A stretch of 64,000 bases of DNA from an uncultured Clostridia bacterium (GCA_947624675.1 CANQLI010000007.1:3090-67089); one strand, 5' to 3'; positions 38,720 through 48,586 are shown, counted from the stretch's first letter. Notes: generated by a model from the letters alone, not told the origin. Numbers and translations are program-made.

Positions 38720-40378
38720 TTATGCTGCCGGAGCTTTAACCTTTGAGTTTATAATTCCCACATCCGCAGTAGTTATAATACCGTCATTGTTTGCGTCAGC
38801 AACAGTAAAATCGTAGTCCTCAAGTGTCATTTTTCCCTTTGCGCAGGCATTTATGATACCTACATCTGAGGTCGTTCTTTTTCCGTTAGCGTCTACATCT
38901 CCCAAAATGTGAAGCTCAAAATCAAAGGTTATAGGTTCGTCGGTAACAGTGAAATAATAATCCCTCTCTACACAGTCGTTTGCCGAGACAGTAGCACAGT
39001 ACTCGCCCTCTTCAAGCTCAACCGTCCACAAATCAGTAGCATATAATATACATAGTATCTCATCAGTATCAATTTTGCTAATAGTAATCGAAACCTCAGC
39101 CGCATCAGTACCCGGTATACTTACAGTTCCGCCAACAGTAACATTGTCAGGCTCAGTATATATCGGAGGCTTTGGGGCTGTTTCAGGATCAAACTCGTTG
39201 TCCTTGAACACCTTAGCCATCTTCTCGTCCGTTACCTTTAATTCTCTTCTTATATACCACTCGCTGCAGTCCCAGGACATCGGACAGAGATTATACTCCT
39301 CACAGAACTTGAGAACATAGTCATACCATTCGTAACAGCCCTCTTTCACCTGACCGTTCGGACCGTGAAAAGCTCCGCACTCTCCAATGATAACTCCGTA
39401 TCCGCGTTCGGTATACTGGTTCATCTTCGCAAGCTGATTTTTCATATATTCAATATCCGATTGAGTTCCCCATGTGTCAGAATAACCCCAAGAGTTATTT
39501 GGATCAGATACCAGGCAGTAAGGGGCAGGATCGTAATAGTGAACAGAAATCATAAGGTGGTTTTTCAAAATGTCCTTAGGCATTTCGAAACGCTCATCTA
39601 TAGTTTTATCAATGTTTGTATTATATCCGGCAATCAGCAAGAACCTGTCGGCATTTTTGCTTCCCTGTGAACGGATAATATCTACAAACTTCTGATTTAT
39701 CTCTGTGATAAGTTTATATTTCTGAACTTCTCTCAAGGAGTTCCAATTCGTTCCAAGCTCCTCGTTAGCCGACTCGAAGATCAGCTTATGAGAATAATCC
39801 TTAAAGCGTTCGCCAACCTGTGTCCAGATAGCCTCATATCTTTTCCAAGCCTCATTTTTCAGTGTTTCGTCCTTACTGGAAAAGTCTGTCCACCAGACGT
39901 GGTCGCTGCCGTCATCGTTTTTGCCATCACTTCCTCCGTCCCAGTGCTCATTTACAACAGCGTACATATCAGCTTCAAGGACCCATTTTACTATCTGCTC
40001 AACTCTGTCAAGATAAGCCGGATCTATCGTGTAATCGTCCTTTGACATCATATTAGACCATGCCACCGGAATTCTTACCGAGTCAAAGCCCGCTTCCTTC
40101 ATTCCTTCTATTATTTCCTTTGTTGTTTCAGGCTGTCCCCAGGCTGTCTCATAGCCCTTCGGGGTCTTGTTGGTTATCCAATCCCCACAAGACTCCATAG
40201 TATTGCCGAGATTTATACCGTTTCCCATATCCCATACGACCTCGACCGATGTATCCGGAACATCCGAATCATTTGTGTAAACATCGTCAAGCGCAAAAAC
40301 ATAAGATGAGCTGAAAACCGACATTCCGATAGCAGCCGCTGCAGCAAGACTTAAGACTGATTTTTTTAATGTCTTCAT
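38720..40378 (-). CDS. Glycoside hydrolase family 5 enzyme with a C-terminal Ig-like module and dockerin
   Basis: 552 aa with a signal peptide. GH5 acid/base FESANEE and nucleophile IIGECG. Dockerin repeats DVDANGKRTTSDVGIINACAKG and DANNDGIITTADVGIINSKV. Confidence 0.9.
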   Translation of the reverse strand: MKTLKKSVLSLAAAAAIGMSVFSSSYVFALDDVYTNDSDVPDTSVEVVWDMGNGINLGNTMESCGDWITNKTPKGYETAWGQPETTKEIIEGMKEAGFDSVRIPVAWSNMMSKDDYTIDPAYLDRVEQIVKWVLEADMYAVVNEHWDGGSDGKNDDGSDHVWWTDFSSKDETLKNEAWKRYEAIWTQVGERFKDYSHKLIFESANEELGTNWNSLREVQKYKLITEINQKFVDIIRSQGSKNADRFLLIAGYNTNIDKTIDERFEMPKDILKNHLMISVHYYDPAPYCLVSDPNNSWGYSDTWGTQSDIEYMKNQLAKMNQYTERGYGVIIGECGAFHGPNGQVKEGCYEWYDYVLKFCEEYNLCPMSWDCSEWYIRRELKVTDEKMAKVFKDNEFDPETAPKPPIYTEPDNVTVGGTVSIPGTDAAEVSITISKIDTDEILCILYATDLWTVELEEGEYCATVSANDCVERDYYFTVTDEPITFDFELHILGDVDANGKRTTSDVGIINACAKGKMTLEDYDFTVADANNDGIITTADVGIINSKVKAPAA

Positions 40379-40477
40379 TCTATTTACCTCCTAGATTTTA
40401 TCTTTAACTAATTATAGCATATCAAAGTATATTTTTCAACATTTTTTCGCGCCTTTTAATAGCATTTTTTTGACATA

Positions 40478-42259
40478 TCAGACACTTATCTCCTCATGCT
40501 GTGAGGTATAGAGCTTATAGTACTCACCCTTGAGCTTTATAAGATCGTTATGTGTTCCGCACTCAACTATCCCCTTGTTATCTACAAACATTATCCTGTC
40601 GCAGTTTTTTATTGTAGAAAGCCTGTGTGCTATAATAAAGCTCGTTCTTCCCTTCATAAGCCTGAACAAGCCCTCCTGTAACAGTCTTTCCGTCTTTGCA
40701 TCTATTGACGAGGTTGCCTCGTCTAGTATAAGTATCTTCGGATCGGACAGAAGTGTTCTTGCAAATGATATAAGCTGCTTCTGACCGCCGGAAAGCATCG
40801 AGCCTCGCTCATTCACCTCTGTCATATACCCGTTAGGCATATGTTCAATAAACTCATCGGCGCAAACTGTTTTACAAGCGGCTTTTATCTCATCCTCTTC
40901 TGCGTCCAGTCTTCCGTATCTGACATTATCAAATATCGTTCCGCTGAAGATAAAGCTGTCCTGAAGCATTATACCCATCTGCGACCTGAGCGAATGAAGC
41001 GTTACATCAGAAATGCTGTGTCCGTCGATAGTTATCCTTCCGTCTTTTAAATTGTAAAACCTTGAAAGCAAAGATACTATCGTAGATTTTCCGGCGCCGG
41101 TCGGACCTACGAGCGCAATACTTTCTCCGCTCTTTACATCAAACGATACATTTTCTAGCACGGTTTTACCCTCTTCATATGAAAAAGTCACATTTTCAAA
41201 CGATATATCGCCTTTTATCTCGGGAAGCTCATATGCGCCCTCCTTATCGTGTATAGTGACCGGCTCGTCGAGCGTTTCAAATATTCTCTCGAGATAAGCT
41301 ATATTATTTATAAAGTTGTTGAATATATTTGAAAGGTTGATTATCGGCTGCCAGAAGCTCGCGGCATAACTTGTCATAGCGGCTATCGTTCCAAGTGTCA
41401 CTCCCGAAGGCGAGATTATAAGAAGCCCGACAGCGTATATTGCCGCTCGCACAAGCATTGATACATTATCCACAGCAGGCGCTACCATATTTGAATACTT
41501 TACAGCCTTCATCCATGCTCCTCTGTAAGCATTTGAAAGTCCGTCAAATATCTCGGCATTTTCCTCTTCTCTTGTAAAGACCTGAGCTATTCTCGTACCG
41601 GTGATACTCTCCTGAAGATAAGCGTTTAAATTTGAGCTTTTATTTGATACCTGCTGCCAGGCTCTTCTCTGCCGTCTTTTTATAAACATCATTACAGCGG
41701 CGAATATAGGAACTCCCGCCAATACGACAAAGGACAATGTAACATTTACAAAAAACATAAACACCATTATAAAGAACATATTCATTAACTCAAGGACTAT
41801 GTTTACAATGCCGTTTGAAAGCATATCCGACACGGAGTTTACATAATTCACTACTCTTATAAGTATCTTGCCGTGCGGACGATTATCGTAGTATTCAAAA
41901 GGAAGCTCCTGAAGGTGTTTAAACAGATCATTTCTTATTTCAAAGATAATGTCCTGTCCTACTACCGTCATTATCCTTGCACGGATATTTGAAAATACCA
42001 CTGAAATTACTATTGTAATAACCAGCAGCAGTACAAGGAAAAGAAGTCCCCACATATCCCCTTCTGGTATAGTCTTATCGAGAGCGTGCTGAGTTATGAT
42101 CGGTCCGAGAAGTCCTGACACAGCGGCAAAAACACTGAGAATCAAAGCGACGATCATCTTTTTGGCGTGGCGTTTTATGTACTTAAACGACCTTTTAAAA
42201 TGCCTTATATCAAAGGGTGTCTCTAGTACCTCGTCAATGTTGTATTTATTTCTCGCCAT
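40478..42259 (-). CDS. ABC exporter half-transporter (canonical nucleotide-binding site)
   Basis: 593 aa, 6 TM plus an NBD with GPTGAGKST, LSGGQKQ and ILILDEATSSID. Its start overlaps the upstream stop (TGATG). Confidence 0.9.
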   Translation of the reverse strand: MARNKYNIDEVLETPFDIRHFKRSFKYIKRHAKKMIVALILSVFAAVSGLLGPIITQHALDKTIPEGDMWGLLFLVLLLVITIVISVVFSNIRARIMTVVGQDIIFEIRNDLFKHLQELPFEYYDNRPHGKILIRVVNYVNSVSDMLSNGIVNIVLELMNMFFIMVFMFFVNVTLSFVVLAGVPIFAAVMMFIKRRQRRAWQQVSNKSSNLNAYLQESITGTRIAQVFTREEENAEIFDGLSNAYRGAWMKAVKYSNMVAPAVDNVSMLVRAAIYAVGLLIISPSGVTLGTIAAMTSYAASFWQPIINLSNIFNNFINNIAYLERIFETLDEPVTIHDKEGAYELPEIKGDISFENVTFSYEEGKTVLENVSFDVKSGESIALVGPTGAGKSTIVSLLSRFYNLKDGRITIDGHSISDVTLHSLRSQMGIMLQDSFIFSGTIFDNVRYGRLDAEEDEIKAACKTVCADEFIEHMPNGYMTEVNERGSMLSGGQKQLISFARTLLSDPKILILDEATSSIDAKTERLLQEGLFRLMKGRTSFIIAHRLSTIKNCDRIMFVDNKGIVECGTHNDLIKLKGEYYKLYTSQHEEISV

Positions 42260-44019
42260 CAGACCTCACTCCTTTCAAAGCCCTCGTTCTGAAGCATAAA
42301 CACATCATAGTAGTAGCCTTTATTTTTAAGAAGCTCGGAATGAGTTCCCATCTCTGCAATCTTTCCATCATCAAGAATTATTATCTTATCAGCGTCCTTG
42401 GTTGAAGATATTCTCTGTGCAATAATTATCTTTGTGCATAAAAAGTCAAGGTTTTTAAGACTGTCTTGAATATGCTTTTCCATCTCGAGATCGACCGCAG
42501 AGGTCGTGTCGTCAAGTATAAGTATCTTCGGCTTGACAGCGATCGCACGGGCAAGTGAGATCCTCTGCTTTTGTCCGCCGGAAAGTCCGACCCCGCGTTC
42601 TCCGATTATAGTGTCATATCCCTCAGGCATTTTGTCAACAAACTCGCTTACACCGGCAAGCTCAGCGCATTTATATACTTCCTCTTCCGGCATACTGGAA
42701 TTTCCGTAGGCAATATTTCCGTCGATAGTATCCGAATATAACAAGACATCCTGCGTCGCCATAGAGATATTTTTTCTAAGGCTCTTTAAAGAATACTCTG
42801 TTACATTTACCCCGTCTACAAGAACTTCTCCGTCCAGAACATCATAAAACCGAGGTATAAGATTTATAAGCGTAGTTTTTCCGCTTCCCGTTTCGCCCAT
42901 TATCGCAACAGTTTCACCGGCTTTTATCTTAAAAGAAATGTTTTTGAGGACCTTATTTCCTGAATATCCGAAAGATACATTTTTAAACTCTATATCGCCC
43001 TTTATCTCATCAGGAGCGTATGCGTTTTCGGGGTCCTTAATGGTAGGCTTTTTGTAAAATATCTCCATTATCTTCATAGCTGACGCCATAAAACGCTGTG
43101 TATCGTTTACATACATTCCGAGACTTCTCATAGGGTTTGACACTGCCCAGATAAGCCCCGATATTGCTATATACTCTCCCATTGTAATACTTTTTGTGAT
43201 AAGAAAAATTCCTCCGGATAAAAGCATTACAGCAGAAAGACTTACAGCGATCCCTTCAAGATACGGAGAATATGTAAGCCACTTTAGCGAAGCCGCCTTG
43301 TTTGCGGCGGAATACTCTTTGTTGATACTGTCAAATTTATTTATTTCATACTGCTCCCTAGCAAACGCCTTTACCACTCTGTTTCCGGAAATATTTTCCT
43401 GTGCCGCCGTATTCATTGCGGCGAGCTTTTCCCTTAGCTTCATATGAACAGGTGCTACTACCCTTTTAAGTCTTAGAGAAATAAGAAAAATGAGCGGCGT
43501 AAGAGACAGTATACATATCGCCATTTTCCAATCTACAATAAAGAAATACACCACAGATGCCATAAGCAGAGTTATTGATTCTATAAGACCTCTGAATACA
43601 AACGCAAGCATATGCCGAATCATATCGAGGTCACCCGTAAGCCTCGTCATAAGATCTCCTGTACGATACTCGTCGTAAAAGGTTAGATCCTGATTTTCAA
43701 CTATTCTGAAAAGCTTTGTTCTAAGTGAAAAAATAGCCCCTTGAGATGATCTCTCATAAGACATATTGCATATGTACTGTAAGCCGGATTTTACCGCTGT
43801 AAACGCAATAAGCCCCAATATCAGTAATAATAGGACATCTTTTTTATTTTCTATATTATATAGCGCATCTTTACCCGTTATATAGTTATCGACGATCAAT
43901 GCCGACAAAACAGGGGTGGCGAGTATCAGTATATTACATACTACCGAAAGCGTAAGCGCAAAAATATATCTGGCTCTGTATCCCTTAAGATTTTCCCATA
44001 TCCATTTTAATTGAAACAT
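42259..44019 (-). CDS. ABC exporter half-transporter (degenerate Walker B, Asp in place of the catalytic Glu)
   Basis: About 586 aa with [17 protein letters not shown] and ILILDDTTSAVD. The ATG at 44019 follows GGAGAGAGGAAC; the ORF-track GTG at 44046 has no RBS. Confidence 0.88.
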   Translation of the reverse strand: MFQLKWIWENLKGYRARYIFALTLSVVCNILILATPVLSALIVDNYITGKDALYNIENKKDVLLLLILGLIAFTAVKSGLQYICNMSYERSSQGAIFSLRTKLFRIVENQDLTFYDEYRTGDLMTRLTGDLDMIRHMLAFVFRGLIESITLLMASVVYFFIVDWKMAICILSLTPLIFLISLRLKRVVAPVHMKLREKLAAMNTAAQENISGNRVVKAFAREQYEINKFDSINKEYSAANKAASLKWLTYSPYLEGIAVSLSAVMLLSGGIFLITKSITMGEYIAISGLIWAVSNPMRSLGMYVNDTQRFMASAMKIMEIFYKKPTIKDPENAYAPDEIKGDIEFKNVSFGYSGNKVLKNISFKIKAGETVAIMGETGSGKTTLINLIPRFYDVLDGEVLVDGVNVTEYSLKSLRKNISMATQDVLLYSDTIDGNIAYGNSSMPEEEVYKCAELAGVSEFVDKMPEGYDTIIGERGVGLSGGQKQRISLARAIAVKPKILILDDTTSAVDLEMEKHIQDSLKNLDFLCTKIIIAQRISSTKDADKIIILDDGKIAEMGTHSELLKNKGYYYDVFMLQNEGFERSEV

Positions 44020-44077
44020 TTTTTGTTCCTCTCTCCAATGTCTCACTGTGTCTTAATTTAGTTATAAGTCTCTTATG

Positions 44078-44106
44078 ATTATATATGCAAATATTTATAT
44101 AGTCAA
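44078..44106 (-). promoter_or_regulatory. Promoter of the ABC exporter pair
   Basis: On the minus strand, TTGACT (44106-44101), a 17-bp spacer, then TATAAT (44083-44078). Confidence 0.55.
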
Positions 44107-44127
44107 GAGGTTTTAATAAAAAAGCTT

Positions 44128-44173
44128 TCGTCATTTTGACGAAATAAATCCTATTTTTTCGGCATTTTGACGA
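44128..44173. promoter_or_regulatory. Two 15-bp palindromic boxes upstream of the exporter promoter
   Basis: TCGTCAtttTGACGA (44128-44142) and TCGGCAtttTGACGA (44159-44173), with centres 31 bp apart. Confidence 0.45.
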
Positions 44174-44391
44174 TATTCTTAAGAAATTTATACAAGTTAA
44201 ATATTTTGCCTTTGAATTTATAGCTCAAGTTAATATTCTTAAATAATTGACAAATATGCTTTACCATATTCAAATAAGCGAAAAAGAATCAAACAAATGC
44301 TGCAGCGTTTTCTTTTAAAGCGTATATGAGTAAAGCGACCGAAAAGCTTAACTAAGATATAAAAAACCGACCAAACGATCTGTTCAGTCGG

Positions 44392-45111
44392 TCATAGTTC
44401 AATAATATCGTATGTTTCCATATCCTTTAAAATGCGATTTCCGCTTTCCTCTATTTCAACAACTCTCTCGGGACCCAGCTTCTTTTCGATTACCTCGTAA
44501 GCCATTTTGATCGGAACGCCTCTGTCCTCGTGGTGCATATCGCTTCCTATCACCTGTGCAAAGCCATTATTTAACAGCTTTAAGCACATTTTTCTTGTTT
44601 TTCTTTCAAGAAACGAGTTAGCGTTTAATTGTCCCAAAACATCAAGCGACATAAGCTCTTCGAGATCGGCATAATCGGTAAAATTAAGATACCTTTCGAT
44701 ATGTGCTACAATAACCTTTACTCTACCACTGTCAACAAGCTCCGAAACACTGTCGATTATCTGCTTTGAAAGTCTTAAATACGGCATCTCCAAAAGAAGG
44801 TAATTTGTCCCTTCTATACACAGCTTTTCGAGGTCGTCCAATTTAATAAGCTTACTTGAATAAAGCACCTCAGAGCCCAACAATATCTTCGGGTGCTCAG
44901 GCTTTAAGTGAGGCTTAAGCTGCTCATATGAATTCTGCCTTGCTTCAAGAAAACTGTGTATATCTATCTCGTGGCAGTAAAAATGCGGAGAACAAATCAA
45001 AGTATCCGTTCCGTTCTGAGCCATTATATCCAAGAGCCGTATTGATTCTTCTATTGACTCGGAACCGTCGTCAAGATAAGGTAATATATGTGAATGAAAA
45101 TCTATCGTCAT
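44392..45111 (-). CDS. PHP-family protein-tyrosine phosphatase (CpsB/Wzh/YwqE type)
   Basis: 239 aa. The N-terminal metal motif IDFHSHILPYLDDGS is typical of CpsB. Confidence 0.88.
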   Translation of the reverse strand: MTIDFHSHILPYLDDGSESIEESIRLLDIMAQNGTDTLICSPHFYCHEIDIHSFLEARQNSYEQLKPHLKPEHPKILLGSEVLYSSKLIKLDDLEKLCIEGTNYLLLEMPYLRLSKQIIDSVSELVDSGRVKVIVAHIERYLNFTDYADLEELMSLDVLGQLNANSFLERKTRKMCLKLLNNGFAQVIGSDMHHEDRGVPIKMAYEVIEKKLGPERVVEIEESGNRILKDMETYDIIEL

Positions 45112-45138
45112 ATATACCTCCCCTGCCGCTGTATTTGC

Positions 45139-45933
45139 TTAATTATCTGCCTTTGCCGAATCGGATGCCGGCTCTGAATATGAATAATTGTAATGATAGT
45201 AACTCTTTTTATAATATCCCGAGCTTCCGGAAACCTGACAAGCGGTCTTCATAAAGCCAAGAACCTTACCGTTCGCAAGCTTTATCTGAGAAAGTGCGCG
45301 CTGTAAGTCGGTGTGTTTAGTATAGCCGTCACGGATTATAAACACGATACCCGAAATGTAGTCGTTAAGAAGCTGAGAATCTGAAACTACATTTACAGGA
45401 GGAGTGTCTATCAGTATATAATCGTAATGAGCCTGTAAAACCTCTATAAGCTTTCCCGTATTCGGCGAAGACAAAAGCTCAGCCGGGTTTGGCGGGATAG
45501 GTCCGGACGGAACAAGGTCAAGATTAGGTCTTACATCCTTAACAATAGCCTCGGAAACGGTACACATTCCGCTTAAAAGAGTGCTAGCGCCACGGGCTCT
45601 TGTTACCTTTAACAGTGAGTGCTGTACCGGCTTTCTTAAGTCAAGATCCAAAAGTATTACCTTAGCTCCCGTCGAAGCCAAAGTGATCGCCATATTAAGA
45701 CAGTTTGTGCTTTTTCCCTCAGCAGGACTTGCCGAAGTGAACACAACTACCTTTTTCGGTGACTGAGAAAGCGAGAACATAAGGTTTGTCCTTGCGGTAT
45801 TATAGCCTTCTGAGATTATAAACTTCGTTCCCTCATTAAGAATATATTTTCTTGATGTCGATTTAGAACGCCTTAATTCGTTTCTGTGCCCGGATGATTT
45901 TGATTTTTTAGACATTCCTGTACTCATAATCAT
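45139..45933 (-). CDS. Bacterial tyrosine kinase catalytic subunit (CpsD/Wze/CapB type)
   Basis: 264 aa. Walker A SPAEGKST, Walker A' LLDLDLRKP, Walker B ILIDTPP and a C-terminal Tyr cluster YYKKSYYHYNYSY. Confidence 0.9.
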   Translation of the reverse strand: MIMSTGMSKKSKSSGHRNELRRSKSTSRKYILNEGTKFIISEGYNTARTNLMFSLSQSPKKVVVFTSASPAEGKSTNCLNMAITLASTGAKVILLDLDLRKPVQHSLLKVTRARGASTLLSGMCTVSEAIVKDVRPNLDLVPSGPIPPNPAELLSSPNTGKLIEVLQAHYDYILIDTPPVNVVSDSQLLNDYISGIVFIIRDGYTKHTDLQRALSQIKLANGKVLGFMKTACQVSGSSGYYKKSYYHYNYSYSEPASDSAKADN

Positions 45934-46660
45934 AACCTCCCTTTACATTAGCCTCAAAGTCAACGATCTCAGCAAATACCGGTATACCGTAAAGTGCTAG
46001 AAGGTCGTCCGAAGGCTTGATCTTGGTATCAACCATCTCAATAACTATGGAAATTATACATCCAAGTACAAGTCCGATTATCAATCCTATAGCCGTATCT
46101 CTCTGAACATTAGGAGAAGACGGCTTGTCCGGTACCGAAGCAGGAACTACCTCTTTTACTATACCTGCATCCACAACCGATGAATAAACACTGTGTGCAT
46201 TTAAATCTATACTCTGTGCAACTGCCGCTGAAAGATCAGGATCAGTCGTTTCAACACTGACAGTCAAAATAGCTGTGTTTTCAGGAGCGGTAACGGTTAT
46301 CCATTCCGATATATCTTCACTTGTATAATTTGTTATTCCGTAATCGTTTTTTAGATCTTCAAGTATATAGTTTATCATCTTTTCACTTGTGAACAAAATC
46401 TGACAGGTGCCCGCAAGTTTTTCAGCCGCCTGAATATCCTGATAACCTATTTCCTGTTGCTGAACTGTGCCAGACACTTCATTAGACTGAACATACAACA
46501 TTATAGAGGATGTGTATTTTTTAGGAACGATCACAGTAAAAATTATCAATGCACCCAACGCGAAAATAACCGTAAGCGCAATGATAAGCTTTATGTGCTT
46601 TATTATCATAAAATACAAGCTCTTAATGTCTATTGTCTTCTCGGTATTGTCCATTAACAT
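45908..46660 (-). CDS. Wzz/CpsC-type chain-length determinant / BY-kinase transmembrane activator
   Basis: 250 aa. Two TM helices flank an extracellular domain of about 150 aa. Overlaps the kinase gene. Confidence 0.85.
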   Translation of the reverse strand: MLMDNTEKTIDIKSLYFMIIKHIKLIIALTVIFALGALIIFTVIVPKKYTSSIMLYVQSNEVSGTVQQQEIGYQDIQAAEKLAGTCQILFTSEKMINYILEDLKNDYGITNYTSEDISEWITVTAPENTAILTVSVETTDPDLSAAVAQSIDLNAHSVYSSVVDAGIVKEVVPASVPDKPSSPNVQRDTAIGLIIGLVLGCIISIVIEMVDTKIKPSDDLLALYGIPVFAEIVDFEANVKGGYDYEYRNV

Positions 46661-46865
46661 TTCTCCTTTTTAGCTACACATATTTTTATTTTATATGTTA
46701 TCTGCTTTCACGAATATTATAATAACATATTTGCTTTTTAATGTCAACATAAATACAGATAAAATTTTTATATATGTAAGATATGCACTATTTTTGTAGT
46801 TTATCGGCGTTTTTTTCGTTTAAATATTTTACTTTACAAAAGTAAGTATATAAATCGTATAAAAA

Positions 46866-47018
46866 GTCAGATTTATAGGTTCAGTACTATAAAAATTTTT
46901 TAATTACCTCTACTAACAGCGCAAAATCAGGAAAAAATGTACACAAACGTACATTCTTCATAAAATAAATACAATATATTTACAAATAATTCATAATATT
47001 CATAATTTGTTCATATTA
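46866..47018 (+). repeat. Dispersed intergenic repeat, copy C
   Basis: Same orientation as copy A. Hairpin at 46931-46959 with one arm mismatch. Lies upstream of wzz. Confidence 0.85.
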
Positions 47019-47208
47019 TCTCCCTGTATACTATTATAATACAGATAGGCAATAACAATGTATTTAACTGCTTTAGCGATACATAAGCTTACAGCCATAA
47101 AGGCTTGCCATATGATAAAGCTGAAATAACTATTAAATAAGGTATATTTGTATTGACATTTACCACTATTTTTCTTTGATAATAAAACCGCCCGAATATT
47201 TCGGACGG

Positions 47209-47451
47209 CTATTTTACTTCCTGATCTAGTACGTAAAAGCATTCATTATTAAAAAAATCAGCCAGCGTTATCTCTAATCCATCGCATATTTTTTTTACTG
47301 TAGAAACAGTTGGTTTGTTATTTTCCCTTGTAAAGATGTTGTTTAGTGTTGACTGTGTGATACCGCATATCGTCGAAAGCTTGTTGATAGTAATGCCTCG
47401 CTCATCACAAAGCTGTTTGATCCTTCTGCGAATTGCGTTCGTCAGCGTCAT
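47209..47451 (-). CDS. XRE-family HTH regulator (80 aa)
   Basis: MTLTNAIRRRIKQLCDERGITINKLSTICGITQSTLNNIF. The ATG at 47451 follows GGAGGATG. The 194-aa ORF-track version runs antisense into the neighbouring gene. Confidence 0.8.
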   Translation of the reverse strand: MTLTNAIRRRIKQLCDERGITINKLSTICGITQSTLNNIFTRENNKPTVSTVKKICDGLEITLADFFNNECFYVLDQEVK

Positions 47452-47509
47452 AAGACATCCTCCAATATAGTTACTATCTATATTGTATGCGATTAACTCT
47501 TTAAAGTTT

Positions 47510-47523
47510 AACTCTCTAGAGTT
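47510..47523. promoter_or_regulatory. Candidate operator overlapping the -35 box of the lipoprotein promoter
   Basis: AACTCT-ct-AGAGTT, plus a direct repeat of TTAACTCT at 47492 and 47508. Confidence 0.4.
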
Positions 47524-47550
47524 GACAAATGTAAAAATTTGTAGTATAAT
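47522..47550 (+). promoter_or_regulatory. Consensus SigA promoter of the lipoprotein gene
   Basis: TTGACA, 17-bp spacer, TATAAT. Confidence 0.65.
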
Positions 47551-47581
47551 AGGACTATATTTTATTAGGAGTGAAACATTT

Positions 47582-48586
47582 ATGAAAAAACAAATCATTT
47601 CGATTCTGACAGCTGCGGTCTGTGCTTCTACTGCGCTGTTAGGCTGCTCAAGCGGCAAAGAAAGCTCTAAGGGTGGTAAAACGGAATCAGTCACTACCAC
47701 CAGCAAAACAACCACAACAACTACAACTGCGACCACGACCACTACAACGACCGCTCCGCCAAAGGTAGAAAAGTATTTTATACCTAAGCACATTGAACAT
47801 ACCGACGCTAAGGGACTATCCTCATCTGTTGATATTACCCTTGATACTACGGGAAATAAGTATATTATTGACTGGAAATATAATGATACACAAACAGGTG
47901 AACAATCCGGACAGGATACAATAGAATATGAGCTAACAGACGGTAAAATTACAAAGGCTAAAGGACCCCAAGGATATGAAACATATACTTACAACGATAA
48001 AGGTTGGTTAATTGAAGCCGACAAAATATCAAACATTGGTGAGGCAGCTAATGTCACACAAAAATATGAATATGATGAAAAAGGAAACATTACTTTCAAC
48101 AGTAGTCATAGCTATTTTTCAGATTCCACTTCCACCTATGAATATAACGAGAACGACAGAATAACTACAGCCAAATATAGCTCTAATTATAATGGTGAAT
48201 CTTATAACCACATTGATAATTATAAATATCCTGATAATAATACATACATTGTAACTACAACTAATGCCGACGGTACGGTAGACGAAACAACATATAAATA
48301 TAATGAACAGTATAAACAATATATTGATATTTCTCGAAGCGATGAATATAAAAATGATAAATACGATCGCTATGATAATTTAATTTTCAGAAAAAATGAT
48401 AATGGCGAAATATCAGCAGAATATCAGGAAGTATCAAAAGAAGATTATTATCGATATAGTATTATTAGCTACTATTCTGCTCAAAGCTGTTCTAGTTTCC
48501 CATATGTGTTTGATACAATATTTTATATTATTTCAGTGTATAGTAGTACTTATAACTACAACAAAGCCGTTAACTACGAATGGTAA
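47582..48586 (+). CDS. Lipoprotein with a poly-Thr linker and YD-like repeats
   Basis: Lipobox LLGCSS, linker TTTSKTTTTTTTATTTTTTTAPP, and repeated units of the form Y.Y[DN]....I. Visibly AT-rich codon usage. The true start is the internal ATG after AGGAG. Confidence 0.7.
   Translation: MKKQIISILTAAVCASTALLGCSSGKESSKGGKTESVTTTSKTTTTTTTATTTTTTTAPPKVEKYFIPKHIEHTDAKGLSSSVDITLDTTGNKYIIDWKYNDTQTGEQSGQDTIEYELTDGKITKAKGPQGYETYTYNDKGWLIEADKISNIGEAANVTQKYEYDEKGNITFNSSHSYFSDSTSTYEYNENDRITTAKYSSNYNGESYNHIDNYKYPDNNTYIVTTTNADGTVDETTYKYNEQYKQYIDISRSDEYKNDKYDRYDNLIFRKNDNGEISAEYQEVSKEDYYRYSIISYYSAQSCSSFPYVFDTIFYIISVYSSTYNYNKAVNYEW

Noticed and set aside
47000-47242. 80-aa minus-strand ORF overlapping the end of the XRE gene and repeat copy C. 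A 62-aa ORF at 14067..14255 beside copy A is similar.
   Set aside because: They have no RBS, are AT-rich low-complexity translations, and are not conserved between the repeat copies.
47209-47793. 194-aa ORF on the track with a VVVVVVVAVVVVVVV stretch.
   Set aside because: The poly-Val run is the antisense reading of the poly-Thr linker of the plus-strand lipoprotein gene. Only the last 80 codons (47209-47451) form a real XRE HTH gene with its own GGAGG RBS.
47582-48586. Calling the lipoprotein an RHS/YD polymorphic toxin.
   Set aside because: It is only about 334 aa. The repeats are degenerate, and there is no RHS core-closing motif, C-terminal toxin domain or adjacent immunity gene.
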